Positions 48,605-58,621 of a stretch of 64,000 nt of DNA are shown here, piece after piece. The first letter of the stretch is position 1; each line of letters opens with the position of its first letter. The position numbers and the translations under genes were made by a program. The DNA is from Terriglobia bacterium (GTDB taxonomy: Bacteria; Acidobacteriota; Terriglobia; 20CM-2-55-15), in NCBI GenBank assembly GCA_963664115.2, contig CAXWPJ010000009.1, forward strand, positions 256,001 through 320,000, given 5' to 3'. A model generated the notes under the pieces. The model had not been told where the DNA came from. It did not search any database and worked only from the letters and a program-made list of their open reading frames with translations.

Positions 48605-50704
48605 GTGAAAGTCTATGAGGGCAAGTCCATTCGCAATGTTTGTTTCGTCGGGCATGGAGGTACGGGAAAAACCTCGCTGATTTCAGCGGCTTTGTTCACG
48701 AGTGGAGCGACCAACAGGCTCGGTAGCGTCGACGACGGAAACGCACCCACCGACTATGACGAGGAAGAAATCGAACGCAAAATGACCATTTCGACGAAGA
48801 TGGCATTCTGCGAGTGGAAGAAGCACAAGATCAACATGCTGGACACGCCGGGCTTCGGAAACATGATCCAGGAAGCACGTGCGGCGATGCGCGTAGCAGA
48901 CACAGCCATCGTAGTCGTCGATTGTATTTCCGGCGTTCAGGTGCAGACGGAGAAGGTATGGCAATTTGCGGAAGAGTTCGACGTGCCTCGGTTCGTTCTG
49001 ATCAATCGTGTGGATCGGGAACGGGCCAGTTTCGAACAATCCCTGGCCTCAGTTCAGAGCGGGCTTGGCCGGACATGTGTGCCCGTCCAGATTCCACTGG
49101 GCACTGAGGGGGACTTTCGTGGGGTCGCGGACCTGGTTCGAATGAAAGCGCATCTCTACGAAGCCGATGCCAGCGGAACATTTTCCGAGGCCGACATACC
49201 GGAAAAATACGCGGCGCTTGCTAACGAACACCGCGAAAAGCTGATCGAACTCGTCGCCGAAAGTGACGACGCCCTGATGGAAAAGTTCTTCGATGAAGGC
49301 AGCTTATCCGATGAAGAATTGATCGCGGGATTGAAAGCGCAGGTGCGCAACCGTGCCATCTATCCGGTTCTGTTCTCGTCGGGAATAGGCAACATCGGCG
49401 TGTCCTCACTGCTGAACGCGATCGTTGATGTCGCGCCCGACCCGACATATGTGGAGCAGGTCCAGGGAAAGGATCCGGACGGTGGTGAAACGGAAAGATT
49501 AATTTCTGATGACGAGCCGTATTCAGCCTACGTGTTCAAAACAATCTCGGACCCGTTCACCGGCCGGATCTCGATCTTCAAAATGTACTCGGGAACCTTG
49601 ACGGCCGAAGTGCAACCGTACAACGTCAACAGAGAATCGACGGAGCGAATCGGCCACATCATCCTCCTTCAAGGCAAGGAGCCGGTCCAGGTGCCTCGCA
49701 TACATGCGGGGGACATTGCGGCCGTTGCGAAATTCAAAGACACTCATACCGGCAATACCCTGGCTGACATAACCAAACCTGTCATTTATCCAGCTGTGGT
49801 GTGGCCCGAACCGATGATTTCGTTTGCTGTCGAACCCAAGTCGAGAGGCGACGAGGAGAAAATCAGCACTGCAATTCAGAAGATCATCGAGGAAGATCCC
49901 GGTCTCCGCTACGCACGCCAACCGCAGACCGGGCAATTCCTGCTTTCAGGCCAGGGGCAGATGCACGTCGAGATTGGGGTTTCACGCCTCAAGAAGCGCT
50001 ATGGAGTCGAAGTGAAGTTGCACCCTCCCAAAGTCCCTTACCTGGAAACGATCCGGGGGAAGGCCGACGTCCAGGGAAGGCACAAGAAGCAGTCGGGCGG
50101 TCACGGCCAGTTCGGCGATTGCAAGATCCGCGTCGAACCGCTTCCGCGCGGCGGGGATTTCGAATTTGTCGTCGAAATCTTTGGAGGCTCCATTCCGAAG
50201 CAGTATATTCCCGCCGTTGAAAAAGGAATTCAGGAAGCCCGCCTCAAAGGCATGCTCGCAGGATTTCCGACCGTCGATTTCAGGGTCACGCTCTACGATG
50301 GCTCCTTCCATGCGGTTGACTCCTCGGAAATGGCATTCAAGATCGCAGGACGGCTTGCCTTCCGGAAAGCCATCGAGCAGGCCAGACCCGTCCTGCTCGA
50401 ACCCGTGATGAACGTCGTCATCGACACACCTGAAGATTACGCTGGCGATCTAATGGGAGATCTCAACAGCCGGCGGGGGCGCGTTCAGGGTATGGAAGTG
50501 AAAGGAAACACCACCGTGATCAAGGCCCAGGTGCCGCTCGTTGAGATGCTGACATATGCCTCAGACCTGACGTCCAAAACGGGCGGCCATGGAAATTACA
50601 CCATGGCCTTCGATCACTACGATGAGGTCCCGGCCCAGTTGGTTGAAAAGGTGATAGCCCATGCCAAGGCAGAGGCCGCGGGCGAGGAAGAGGAGGACGA
50701 GTAG
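48605..50704 (+). CDS. fusA: Elongation factor G paralog (EF-G2/FusA2 type)
   Basis: GHGGTGKT, DTPG, NRVD, HKKQSGGHGQF, DGSFHAVDSSEMAF. Confidence 0.9.
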   Translation: MKVYEGKSIRNVCFVGHGGTGKTSLISAALFTSGATNRLGSVDDGNAPTDYDEEEIERKMTISTKMAFCEWKKHKINMLDTPGFGNMIQEARAAMRVADTAIVVVDCISGVQVQTEKVWQFAEEFDVPRFVLINRVDRERASFEQSLASVQSGLGRTCVPVQIPLGTEGDFRGVADLVRMKAHLYEADASGTFSEADIPEKYAALANEHREKLIELVAESDDALMEKFFDEGSLSDEELIAGLKAQVRNRAIYPVLFSSGIGNIGVSSLLNAIVDVAPDPTYVEQVQGKDPDGGETERLISDDEPYSAYVFKTISDPFTGRISIFKMYSGTLTAEVQPYNVNRESTERIGHIILLQGKEPVQVPRIHAGDIAAVAKFKDTHTGNTLADITKPVIYPAVVWPEPMISFAVEPKSRGDEEKISTAIQKIIEEDPGLRYARQPQTGQFLLSGQGQMHVEIGVSRLKKRYGVEVKLHPPKVPYLETIRGKADVQGRHKKQSGGHGQFGDCKIRVEPLPRGGDFEFVVEIFGGSIPKQYIPAVEKGIQEARLKGMLAGFPTVDFRVTLYDGSFHAVDSSEMAFKIAGRLAFRKAIEQARPVLLEPVMNVVIDTPEDYAGDLMGDLNSRRGRVQGMEVKGNTTVIKAQVPLVEMLTYASDLTSKTGGHGNYTMAFDHYDEVPAQLVEKVIAHAKAEAAGEEEEDE

Positions 50705-50719
50705 GAAACTCTGGTCGTA

Positions 50720-51820
50720 CTACAGCGGCGGCCCCGAGGCCATCGCGGCCGCGGTGCCGTAAATCTCCCAAGCCGCGACAGGCTGATCCGACATCAGACG
50801 GATATAGCCCCCGCTCTGATTCCCGAATCCCGGGATCAACTCGTTCAGAAGACGGGCCACATGGCCGTTCGCGGGAATCGACACCGTTCCGCTTCCCGAT
50901 TGCATTCCCGAAGCGTCGAATACTTCGATCGTCACCTCGGCCGCCGAACCTACTGCCGCGATCGCAATTCCGGTAAAGAATCCCTTTTCGTTCGCGACAT
51001 GAGGGAAAACGATCTCGGTCGCTGCCTCAACCGCTGCAATCGTAACCACGGATTGATCGGTTTCGATGTCGATAACCGCCGCGACATTCCCACCGCTGAA
51101 GAATCCCGTTACATCCACTCGAACCGCATCCGTTTCGATCTCCGTTGCAGAGACCGGAAATAATTCCCCGAGTGAAACGCGCGTCGCGGCCCGCCCTCCA
51201 AGCGGGACTGACGAAGTTCTTGACCCGAATGTGATCGATGCGCTTGACGGCGCAGCGCTCGCATTGGCCAGGCTGATCCATGAGCGATACCCTCCACCCA
51301 CAACTGCGTGGGGAAAGATCAGGGACGTTCCGGGATCGGAAACCGACTCGCCAAGCCCCAGGTTGCCATCGGTACCGAAGCGCTCAACACCCGCAATTGG
51401 AGTTGGCGCCGTTATCCGGACCGGACCCGCCAACGGCGTGGTTCTCCGCGATCGTGGCGGAATGTCTAACGGCGAACTTTGCTGGGTGTTCAGATCTGTG
51501 ATCGTGGCTGTCACCGACTGGGTAGACGGGTTTATGAGTATCGCGTTCGCACCGCTATGAAAGAAAAAGAAGTCCGTCGCGGGCACCGCAGGCGAGGCTC
51601 CGTCGAATTCACTGAGATCATTGGCGCCGGTAGCTGTGTAGGAGCGCAGATTATTTTCGGACGCTTCCAACTCGATCCAGCCATCGAAATCGGACAGCCC
51701 GAAGATCTCCGATACGAGCCTCGCCCACTGCTGTCCCGGCTCGAGTTGGATCGTAGTCGGATTCCGGACACCGAGACCCATCGGAAGAGAACCATCCGTG
51801 TTTACGGCCCGGAGGACGAC
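50720..51820 (-). pseudogene. Probably 5'-truncated beta-rich repeat protein of an Acidobacterial secreted-protein type
   Basis: Frame opens right after TAA as VVLRAVNTDGSLPMGLGVRNP...QQWARLVSEIFG; repeated motifs IFPHAVVGGGY and VFPHVANEKGFFTGIAI...HVARLLNELI; no signal peptide. Confidence 0.55.
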
Positions 51821-51905
51821 TTAAAGATCAGACTGGATGAACCCGAAAAGCTTACCGAATGAAGAAGATTCGGAACATACCCGTCTATTAAGAATACTGT
51901 TTCGA

Positions 51906-51964
51906 CACGAAGAAACGAAGGCCACCAAACAGCCCATAAATCTTTGTTGTCTTCGCACCTTCGT
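51906..51964. repeat. Degenerate palindromic element of CACGAAG/CTTCG units
   Basis: CACGAAGAAACGAAGGCCACCAAAC ... CTTTGTTGTCTTCGCACCTTCGT. Confidence 0.5.
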
Positions 51965-52024
51965 TTTCAAAAACCGCCCAGTCAGCAGGGTCGGAAGGAC
52001 GGAGCATGGTAACATCGACGCATA

Positions 52025-52198
52025 ATGGCGGTGAATCCAGAGCTGCTGAAGATTCTAGTCTGCCCGCTTTGCAAGGCTGAGTTGTCGTTGGTACATGACG
52101 ACGAAGGACTCAAGTGCAGCCAATGCAAGCGTGTCTACCCGATCCGCGACGACATACCGGTAATGCTGGTCAGCGAAGCACAAATAGAGGACGGTTAA
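52025..52198 (+). CDS. Trm112-like (YcaR/UPF0434) protein, missing from the ORF track
   Basis: [57 protein letters not shown]. Confidence 0.92.
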   Translation: MAVNPELLKILVCPLCKAELSLVHDDEGLKCSQCKRVYPIRDDIPVMLVSEAQIEDG

Positions 52199-52202
52199 CC
52201 GC

Positions 52203-53243
52203 GTGTCTCGTCCGATCCGAGACGTCTTCCAAACTCTGCCTCCAAACGCACGAATATTACTGGTCCGTCTCCGTTCCATGGGCGACTGTCTGCTCCTCAC
52301 AAGCCCCCTGCGAGCACTCAAGCAGGAGTTCCCCGGCTTCAAAATTTCAGTCCTTGTGGATCCCGGGTTTTCGGCGTGCTTCGACTTCAGCCCCGACGTC
52401 GATGAAATCCTCGTCACGAGCAATGAGAAATACCAGACGATAGGCCGCCTTCTAATCCGAAGATTCCATGTGATCGTTAATCTGCACGGGGGTCCGACCA
52501 GCCTGTCATATTCCTGTGCGGCCTGGGGCCGTCGAATCGGTGTCGAAGGCTATCAATATGACCGACTGTATTCCGGACTCATCCCTCGACCTGCGCCCAA
52601 TCTGCACACTGTCGAGGCAAGTATGGAGCTGTTTCGGTGGTTAGGGCTGCGGGCAGACATTCCACCCCCTCTTCACTACGCGCCGCATCCGGAAGAGGCC
52701 CAATGGGTGCGGGAAACGCTCCGGAATCGACCGTACGTCGTGATCCACCCAGCGACGCGAATGGAAACGAAGCAGTGGTCCGCTGGCGGCTTCGCATCCG
52801 TCGGTACCCTGCTGGCCCAAGCCGGTTGGCGCACGGTGCTGACCTCCGGTCCCGGGGAGGAATCTGTCGTCGGTCAAACTGCCCGGGACCTGCCAGATAG
52901 CGTGATTTTGTTTGGTCTGACGATTCCCAAACTCGCAGAACTGATCCGGGGGGCGCGCCTCTACGTCGGAAACGACTCTGGTCCGATGCATCTGGCGGCC
53001 GCTGTCGGCACTCCCACGCTGGCCGTATGGGGCTCCTCGGACTCCCGGCGGTGGCGACCGTGGGGCGTCGCCCACCGCGTCGTCCAAAACCCCTTCGACT
53101 GTAATCCCTGCCCGGGTTACCGCTGCGACGTTGCTGAAACGCCGCTTTGCATCGAGTCCGTCACAACCCGGCAGGTGAAGGATGCCGTCCAATCATTGCT
53201 CCAGGAGACGGGAAGACATACTCCAGCCTTGGCGACACAATAA
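52203..53243 (+). CDS. Glycosyltransferase family 9 (LPS heptosyltransferase-like)
   Basis: ILLVRLRSMGDCLL, VIHP..KQW, GNDSGPMHLAAAVGTP. Confidence 0.9.
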   Translation: MSRPIRDVFQTLPPNARILLVRLRSMGDCLLLTSPLRALKQEFPGFKISVLVDPGFSACFDFSPDVDEILVTSNEKYQTIGRLLIRRFHVIVNLHGGPTSLSYSCAAWGRRIGVEGYQYDRLYSGLIPRPAPNLHTVEASMELFRWLGLRADIPPPLHYAPHPEEAQWVRETLRNRPYVVIHPATRMETKQWSAGGFASVGTLLAQAGWRTVLTSGPGEESVVGQTARDLPDSVILFGLTIPKLAELIRGARLYVGNDSGPMHLAAAVGTPTLAVWGSSDSRRWRPWGVAHRVVQNPFDCNPCPGYRCDVAETPLCIESVTTRQVKDAVQSLLQETGRHTPALATQ

Positions 53244-53269
53244 AACGGAAACCAGGAACCGAGCAAGCC

Positions 53270-54253
53270 ATGGAACGTGAACGCCTCGAACAATTACTGC
53301 AGGACTTCCCGAACAAGAAGATCGTAGTCGTGGGTGACATCATGCTCGACGAGTTCACCTGGGGGGAGGTCAAGAGAATCTCTCCGGAGGCGCCCGTACC
53401 CGTGGTCGAAGTCATCAAAGAAACCCAACAGTTGGGAGGCTCGGCCAACGTCGTGGCGAACATAAAGGCACTCGGCGGTCACCCGATTACGATCGCCGTC
53501 ACAGGTCGGGACGCTGCGGCCGAACGCCTGCAGGTGTTGTATCGCGGTCTTGAGATCGATTCGAGTTATCTGGTCGCCGACAATCGGCGGACGACGATCA
53601 AAACTCGCATCATTGCCCACAACCAGCAGGTTGTCAGGACGGACCGCGAGGACCGGACACCGCTGCCTTCAACGATCAGTCAAGAGCTTGCGAAACATTT
53701 CCTGGACGTCCTGCCTCGATGTGACGCAGTCATCGTTTCCGACTACGACAAAGGAGTCGTCAACCCGGAACTGCTCGCTGCGATCCTACCGGAGGCCGAG
53801 CGGGCCGGCGTTCCGGTCTTTCTCGACCCCAAGGTTCATCATGCCGACTACTACAAGCCGACGACTTTGGTCACTCCGAACCAGAGGGAGGCCGAGCTTC
53901 TATGCGGCAAGCGAATTTTCGACACAGCAAGCCTTGAGGAAGCCGGCCGCCTGCTGCTCGACCGATTCGAATGCCCGTACATCCTGATCACCCGTGGGTG
54001 GGAAGGCATGTCACTGTTTGAGGAGAAGGCGATCCATCATTTACCGGCGGCTGCTCGGGAAGTCTTTGACGTCAGTGGCGCGGGCGACACGGTCATAGCC
54101 GCCCTGACAATGGCGGCTTCGTGCGGAGCTTCAATGGACGATGCCGCTCGTATTGCGAACGCGGCGGGCGGCATCGTCGTCGGTAAAGTCGGCACGGCAA
54201 CGTTGACTCCACGAGAGCTCATCGAGCGCGTCCATTCCGACACCGCGAATTAA
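53270..54253 (+). CDS. rfaE1: D-glycero-D-manno-heptose-7-phosphate kinase (stand-alone RfaE/HldE domain I)
   Basis: VGDIMLD, RISPEAPVPVV, GGSANV, SDYDKG, DVSGAGDTV. Confidence 0.92.
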   Translation: MERERLEQLLQDFPNKKIVVVGDIMLDEFTWGEVKRISPEAPVPVVEVIKETQQLGGSANVVANIKALGGHPITIAVTGRDAAAERLQVLYRGLEIDSSYLVADNRRTTIKTRIIAHNQQVVRTDREDRTPLPSTISQELAKHFLDVLPRCDAVIVSDYDKGVVNPELLAAILPEAERAGVPVFLDPKVHHADYYKPTTLVTPNQREAELLCGKRIFDTASLEEAGRLLLDRFECPYILITRGWEGMSLFEEKAIHHLPAAAREVFDVSGAGDTVIAALTMAASCGASMDDAARIANAAGGIVVGKVGTATLTPRELIERVHSDTAN

Positions 54254-55012
54254 CTACAGCCCTTCGACCCCGTGTCTTCTGGCAAGTCTGTACTTCAATC
54301 GAACTTCGTGCGCGGTGATTTGCGCAATCCGGTAGCCTGCAGCACCGTCGAGAAATCCCAACTTCCAGAGGTACATCTTTAGGAAACGCAGTCCTGGGCT
54401 GAACCTGGAACGCCACCACAGTCCCGACTGAGAGGCGCTGCGGATTTTTTCCGCGCCGAGTCTCGCGTATGTCTCTGCACGGTCTCTATGTTCCTGAACT
54501 GTGTAGTAGGAATAGTGGTGTATATCGCCCCTCAACCAGGTCACCCCAGGATCGCCTTGGAACTTCAACCCTTCGTGGACAGGGTCATCCGTCCAAGTCG
54601 TGATCGCCGCGGGAAAGAGACGGATTTTCCGGTTGGGATACCATCCCCCGTGCCGAATCCACTGCCCACAATAACTTGCTAGACGGGAAAACTCGTAGAC
54701 GCCATCGAGACCTGCATCTCGTCTCTCGACGATCGAAGCCCGAAGTTCATCCGACAAAGCTTCGTCGGCATCCAGTGACAAAATATGGCTATGAGTCGCC
54801 TGAGAAATACCGAAATTCTTCTGGCCGCCATATCCTTCCCAGGTGTGGGTAATCACCCTCGCTCCTTTTGCTTCCGCAATCTCACAGGTCCTGTCATGGG
54901 AGCCCGCGTCGATGACCATTACCTCGGCTGCAACGCCAACGAGAGAATCCAGGCAACGCCCGATGTTTTTTTCTTCGTTGAGTGTTATGACGACGGCAGT
55001 GATGGGTGTCAT
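54254..55012 (-). CDS. GT2 glycosyltransferase (WaaE/KdtX-like beta-1,4-glucosyltransferase)
   Basis: ITLNEEKNI, GYGGQKNF, LDADE, IRHGGWYP, VHE, GFLDG. Confidence 0.88.
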   Translation of the reverse strand: MTPITAVVITLNEEKNIGRCLDSLVGVAAEVMVIDAGSHDRTCEIAEAKGARVITHTWEGYGGQKNFGISQATHSHILSLDADEALSDELRASIVERRDAGLDGVYEFSRLASYCGQWIRHGGWYPNRKIRLFPAAITTWTDDPVHEGLKFQGDPGVTWLRGDIHHYSYYTVQEHRDRAETYARLGAEKIRSASQSGLWWRSRFSPGLRFLKMYLWKLGFLDGAAGYRIAQITAHEVRLKYRLARRHGVEGL

Positions 55013-55082
55013 GGATTGTTAAGCGACAGGATGCTTGCGGGACGGACACTAATTTGTGGAATTCCCTGGTCTCGTAGATCGA

Positions 55083-55535
55083 TTATCTTCTGCCAGAGTA
55101 CTTATTTTCGGGAGCAAACGAGAGCAGGAGGGTTTCTTTATCTACAAGGATAGCAATGGGAAACCCACTGTTGACGGTTGCATAAACAGTAACCGAGGAG
55201 CCCCTGTTGTTGGAATCGATCACATCGAAATTTTCCAGCCCCGTTGTATAGAAACCATCGTCGCCCCAGTCTTCGAGGAAGTCTTCCAAATCATAGCGCT
55301 CGTCGCCATCCCACATGGCGTAGGCATCCTCAAACTGATCGGCCTCAATGGCTTTAAGAAAGGCCGAGACCCTCGATTCCTCTCGGTAGTTGATAAACCT
55401 GTACAGGCCTCCACCAATCACCAAAAGCGTCAGGAGCAGTGCGACGGGAACCTTGAGTCTATCCTTGAGCGCGCGTGCTTTCCGAGGTTCCGGGTGATCG
55501 TCATAGAGGAGACTGCCGATGAGTTTTTCAGCCAT
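55083..55535 (-). CDS. Hypothetical single-TM protein
   Basis: TM helix then FINYREESRVSAFL...EDAYAMW...FLEDWG; same strand as the GT genes. Confidence 0.7.
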   Translation of the reverse strand: MAEKLIGSLLYDDHPEPRKARALKDRLKVPVALLLTLLVIGGGLYRFINYREESRVSAFLKAIEADQFEDAYAMWDGDERYDLEDFLEDWGDDGFYTTGLENFDVIDSNNRGSSVTVYATVNSGFPIAILVDKETLLLSFAPENKYSGRR

Positions 55536-55544
55536 GTCTGTACG

Positions 55545-56489
55545 TTATTCTACCGGAAACCATTGCTCCAATTCGGCGGGACTCACCCGAACACGGGACT
55601 GAATGATTCGTCGCTTTTCCCAGAGTCGGGGAAACTGTCCTATCACGTACAGCAATCCGGGAATCGACGACCACTCGTTCAGCAACACATATCCCACGAC
55701 TGCGAGATCACGAGCCGTGATTGACCAGAAGTACTTCCGGTACAGGCCGGGCGTCATGTTGTTGATCCTGAGGATGAATCTGTTCTTCACCGAGTGCATG
55801 TTGATGGTCGGCGAAAGATGGGACCGCGCCTCAGGCGTCACACGGCGTCGATGACGGGCGATCGCCCTGGGAACGTACTGCGATTCCCAGCCCATCAAAC
55901 AGCAGCGCCAAGCCAGATCGGCGTCTTCCCGATAGGCGAAAAAGTCTTCGTCAAAAAAATCTCCTTCGATCGCAACATCTTCCAGACATGCATACCGGTA
56001 CATTGCGGCCGCGCCGCTGGCTCCGAAGACAGGGCCGGGGCTCTCATACTGCCCCGTGTCCGACTCCCCCGCACCGCGGTCCAGATGCCTTTGGTTCGCA
56101 GTCATCGTGATACCCGTCGAGTCCAGGGTGACACCATCCATCCGGAGAAGCTTTCCGGTCGCCGATCCCACTCGCGGCGCGTTTTCCAGTGCCCGAACCA
56201 GTTCCTCTACGAAAGTCGGTTCCAGAATCGTATCGGGATTGAGAAACAGGACGTAAGGTGCAGGAAAATCGCGGGCCAAGCGGTTGTGTCCGGCGGCAAA
56301 ACCCACGTTCGTTTCCGAACGAACGATGTCGACATCGAAGTCTTTCAGCAAGTCGATGGAATCGTCTTCAGAGGCATTGTCGAGGGCTCGCACGCGGATA
56401 TCTCCGTAAGTCTGACGTGCCACGCTCTCGAGACATTGCCCGATGTCAGACGCGCTATTGAAAGTAACAATTTGAACGGAGACGTTCAT
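55545..56489 (-). CDS. GT2 glycosyltransferase
   Basis: DNASED, NVGFAAGHN, LNPD, FDEDFFAYREDADL. Confidence 0.9.
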   Translation of the reverse strand: MNVSVQIVTFNSASDIGQCLESVARQTYGDIRVRALDNASEDDSIDLLKDFDVDIVRSETNVGFAAGHNRLARDFPAPYVLFLNPDTILEPTFVEELVRALENAPRVGSATGKLLRMDGVTLDSTGITMTANQRHLDRGAGESDTGQYESPGPVFGASGAAAMYRYACLEDVAIEGDFFDEDFFAYREDADLAWRCCLMGWESQYVPRAIARHRRRVTPEARSHLSPTINMHSVKNRFILRINNMTPGLYRKYFWSITARDLAVVGYVLLNEWSSIPGLLYVIGQFPRLWEKRRIIQSRVRVSPAELEQWFPVE

Positions 56490-56680
56490 CGCTCGGAAGG
56501 AATCACCCCTTCACCTGACAGGCGGGTCGCCCAGATTCGTTGATTCGACGAAATGGAACGTAGGTGTCGAGGGACACAGGGCACGGCACCCGATTTGATT
56601 CGAACTGATTGAATCTATTTCCGCATGTCTAACTTTCCGGGAAAAAGCCGACGCTTCGGAACCGGTCATTCCAGTCATCT

Positions 56681-57733
56681 TCATCCCTCGCCGGAGACGA
56701 ACGTGCGATCGCGGTTCGTGTAGTGGGTGTTGTAGTACGCCAGATAGGACTCGTCTTTCACCTCCCGAAGCCAGTCCTGATGGGATCGGTACCATTCGAT
56801 TGTAGCCGCGATTCCCGATCTAAAATCGGTCTCGGCGGACCAACCCCACTCGGCTTCGATTTTTGAACAATCGATGGAGTATCGATGATCGTGGGCTGGA
56901 CGGTCTGTGACGAATTCAATTAGAGACTCGGGACGCCCCATCACTCCAAGCACCTGTCGTACCAGGTCGATATTGGCAACTTCTTCACCGCCGCCAATGT
57001 TATACACCTCTCCATCCCTGCCGCGGGTGATCGCTGCCCAAACACCCCGGGAATGATCGTCGACGTAAATCCATTCGCGGCGATTCAGCCCTTCGCCATA
57101 AACTGGAATTGGCGTTTCATCCATTGCGTTGGTAATCATCAACGGAATGAATTTTTCCGGAAATTGATAAGGCCCGTAGTTGTTGGAACACCGGGTGACA
57201 ATAGCCGGAAACCCGTGCGTCCTGGCCTGGCTTAATACGATGAGGTCCGCAGCTGCCTTCGTCGCCGAATAGGGGTTGGTCGGATTGATCGGGGTGTCTT
57301 CTCGAAAGCGGCCTGCGGGCCCGAGGCTGCCGTAAACTTCGTCCGTCGATATCTGAACGTAACGCGACACGCCGTATTTGCGTGAGGTATCGATCAGGCA
57401 CTGGGTCCCGACAACATTCGATCGTACGAATGGAGCCGCGTCTAGAATCGACCGGTCCACATGCGTTTCCGCGGCGAAATTCACAACAACGTCAACCCTG
57501 TTCTGATCGAAGACTCTCCGGAGTTGCTCTTCGCCGGCAATATCTCCGCGCACGAACGCGTAACGATCGTCGGAGGCCACTTCCTCGTTGTTTCTGAGAT
57601 TACCGGCGTAGGTCAAGAGGTCGTAGTTGATAACCCGGACATCGGTTTCGGCGCCGAGGACATAACGAATGAAGTTCGATCCGATGAATCCGGATCCGCC
57701 CGTCACGAGAATTGTCTGAGGGCTGTCTCCCAT
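56681..57733 (-). CDS. rfbB: dTDP-glucose 4,6-dehydratase
   Basis: GGSGFIGSNF, AAETHVDRSI, STDEVYG, YSATK, NNYGPYQFPEK. Confidence 0.95.
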   Translation of the reverse strand: MGDSPQTILVTGGSGFIGSNFIRYVLGAETDVRVINYDLLTYAGNLRNNEEVASDDRYAFVRGDIAGEEQLRRVFDQNRVDVVVNFAAETHVDRSILDAAPFVRSNVVGTQCLIDTSRKYGVSRYVQISTDEVYGSLGPAGRFREDTPINPTNPYSATKAAADLIVLSQARTHGFPAIVTRCSNNYGPYQFPEKFIPLMITNAMDETPIPVYGEGLNRREWIYVDDHSRGVWAAITRGRDGEVYNIGGGEEVANIDLVRQVLGVMGRPESLIEFVTDRPAHDHRYSIDCSKIEAEWGWSAETDFRSGIAATIEWYRSHQDWLREVKDESYLAYYNTHYTNRDRTFVSGEG

Positions 57734-57743
57734 CTCTCTTGAA

Positions 57744-58526
57744 CTATCTCTCTATGAGCGCCAACGCCGATTTGCGTATGGTCTCCATGGAAATCTCGGT
57801 AGAAGAACCACCCCGCTGACCCGCTACAAGGATGTTCGTTCTCAGCAAGGAATCGAATGTCCCGGCGTCGGACCACCAGCCATCGACAATTTCGAAGCTC
57901 ATCTGGCCGGACTCGATATAGGCGTTATTGACGTCCGTGATCTCGAGCTCGCCCCGGCCGGATGGTTTGAGCGTCTTGATGATCTCAAAGACCCGGGCGT
58001 CATACATATAGATACCGGTGACGGCATAATTGGACTTTGGATCTGCAGGTTTCTCCTCGATGTTGACCACGCGGTCCCCTTCAAGAACCGCAACTCCGAA
58101 GCGCTGAGGGTTATCGACTTCCTTCAGGTGAACTCTCGCCCCACCGCCCAGGGCTGCGTACGCCTCGGCCGACTGTTTGAGACTCTTCTCGTATACGTTG
58201 TCTCCGAGAATGACGCAGACTGAATCTTTGTCCGCAAAATGCTCTGCGAGGGACAGCGCATCGGCGATGCCGCCCTCTCCCTCCTGGTAGGTATAATCCA
58301 GATGTTTGAGACCGAAGCCCTTGCCGTTACCCAACAGTTTGAGGAAATCTCCCGCGTTGTTGCCTCCGGTCACGATAAGGATTTCGTAGATACCGGCATC
58401 GACCAGGCTCTCGATGGGGTAATAGATCATCGGCCGATCGTAGATCGGTAGCAGGTGTTTGTTCGTAATCTTCGTTAGAGGATGGAGCCGGGTGCCGAGC
58501 CCACCCGCCAATACGATTCCCTTCAT
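57744..58526 (-). CDS. rfbA: Glucose-1-phosphate thymidylyltransferase-like (RmlA/SpsI type)
   Basis: LAGGLGTRLHPLT, KHLLPIYDRPMIYYP, EEKP, PSGRGELEITD. Confidence 0.9.
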   Translation of the reverse strand: MKGIVLAGGLGTRLHPLTKITNKHLLPIYDRPMIYYPIESLVDAGIYEILIVTGGNNAGDFLKLLGNGKGFGLKHLDYTYQEGEGGIADALSLAEHFADKDSVCVILGDNVYEKSLKQSAEAYAALGGGARVHLKEVDNPQRFGVAVLEGDRVVNIEEKPADPKSNYAVTGIYMYDARVFEIIKTLKPSGRGELEITDVNNAYIESGQMSFEIVDGWWSDAGTFDSLLRTNILVAGQRGGSSTEISMETIRKSALALIER

Positions 58527-58621
58527 ATGACCTTCCGTTTCAGCTGCCCGTGGCGGCGAAGAATCGGGATTTTTGCTCTTTTCATACTCGTGGCGCTACC
58601 ACGTCTGCACAACCTTGCTCT

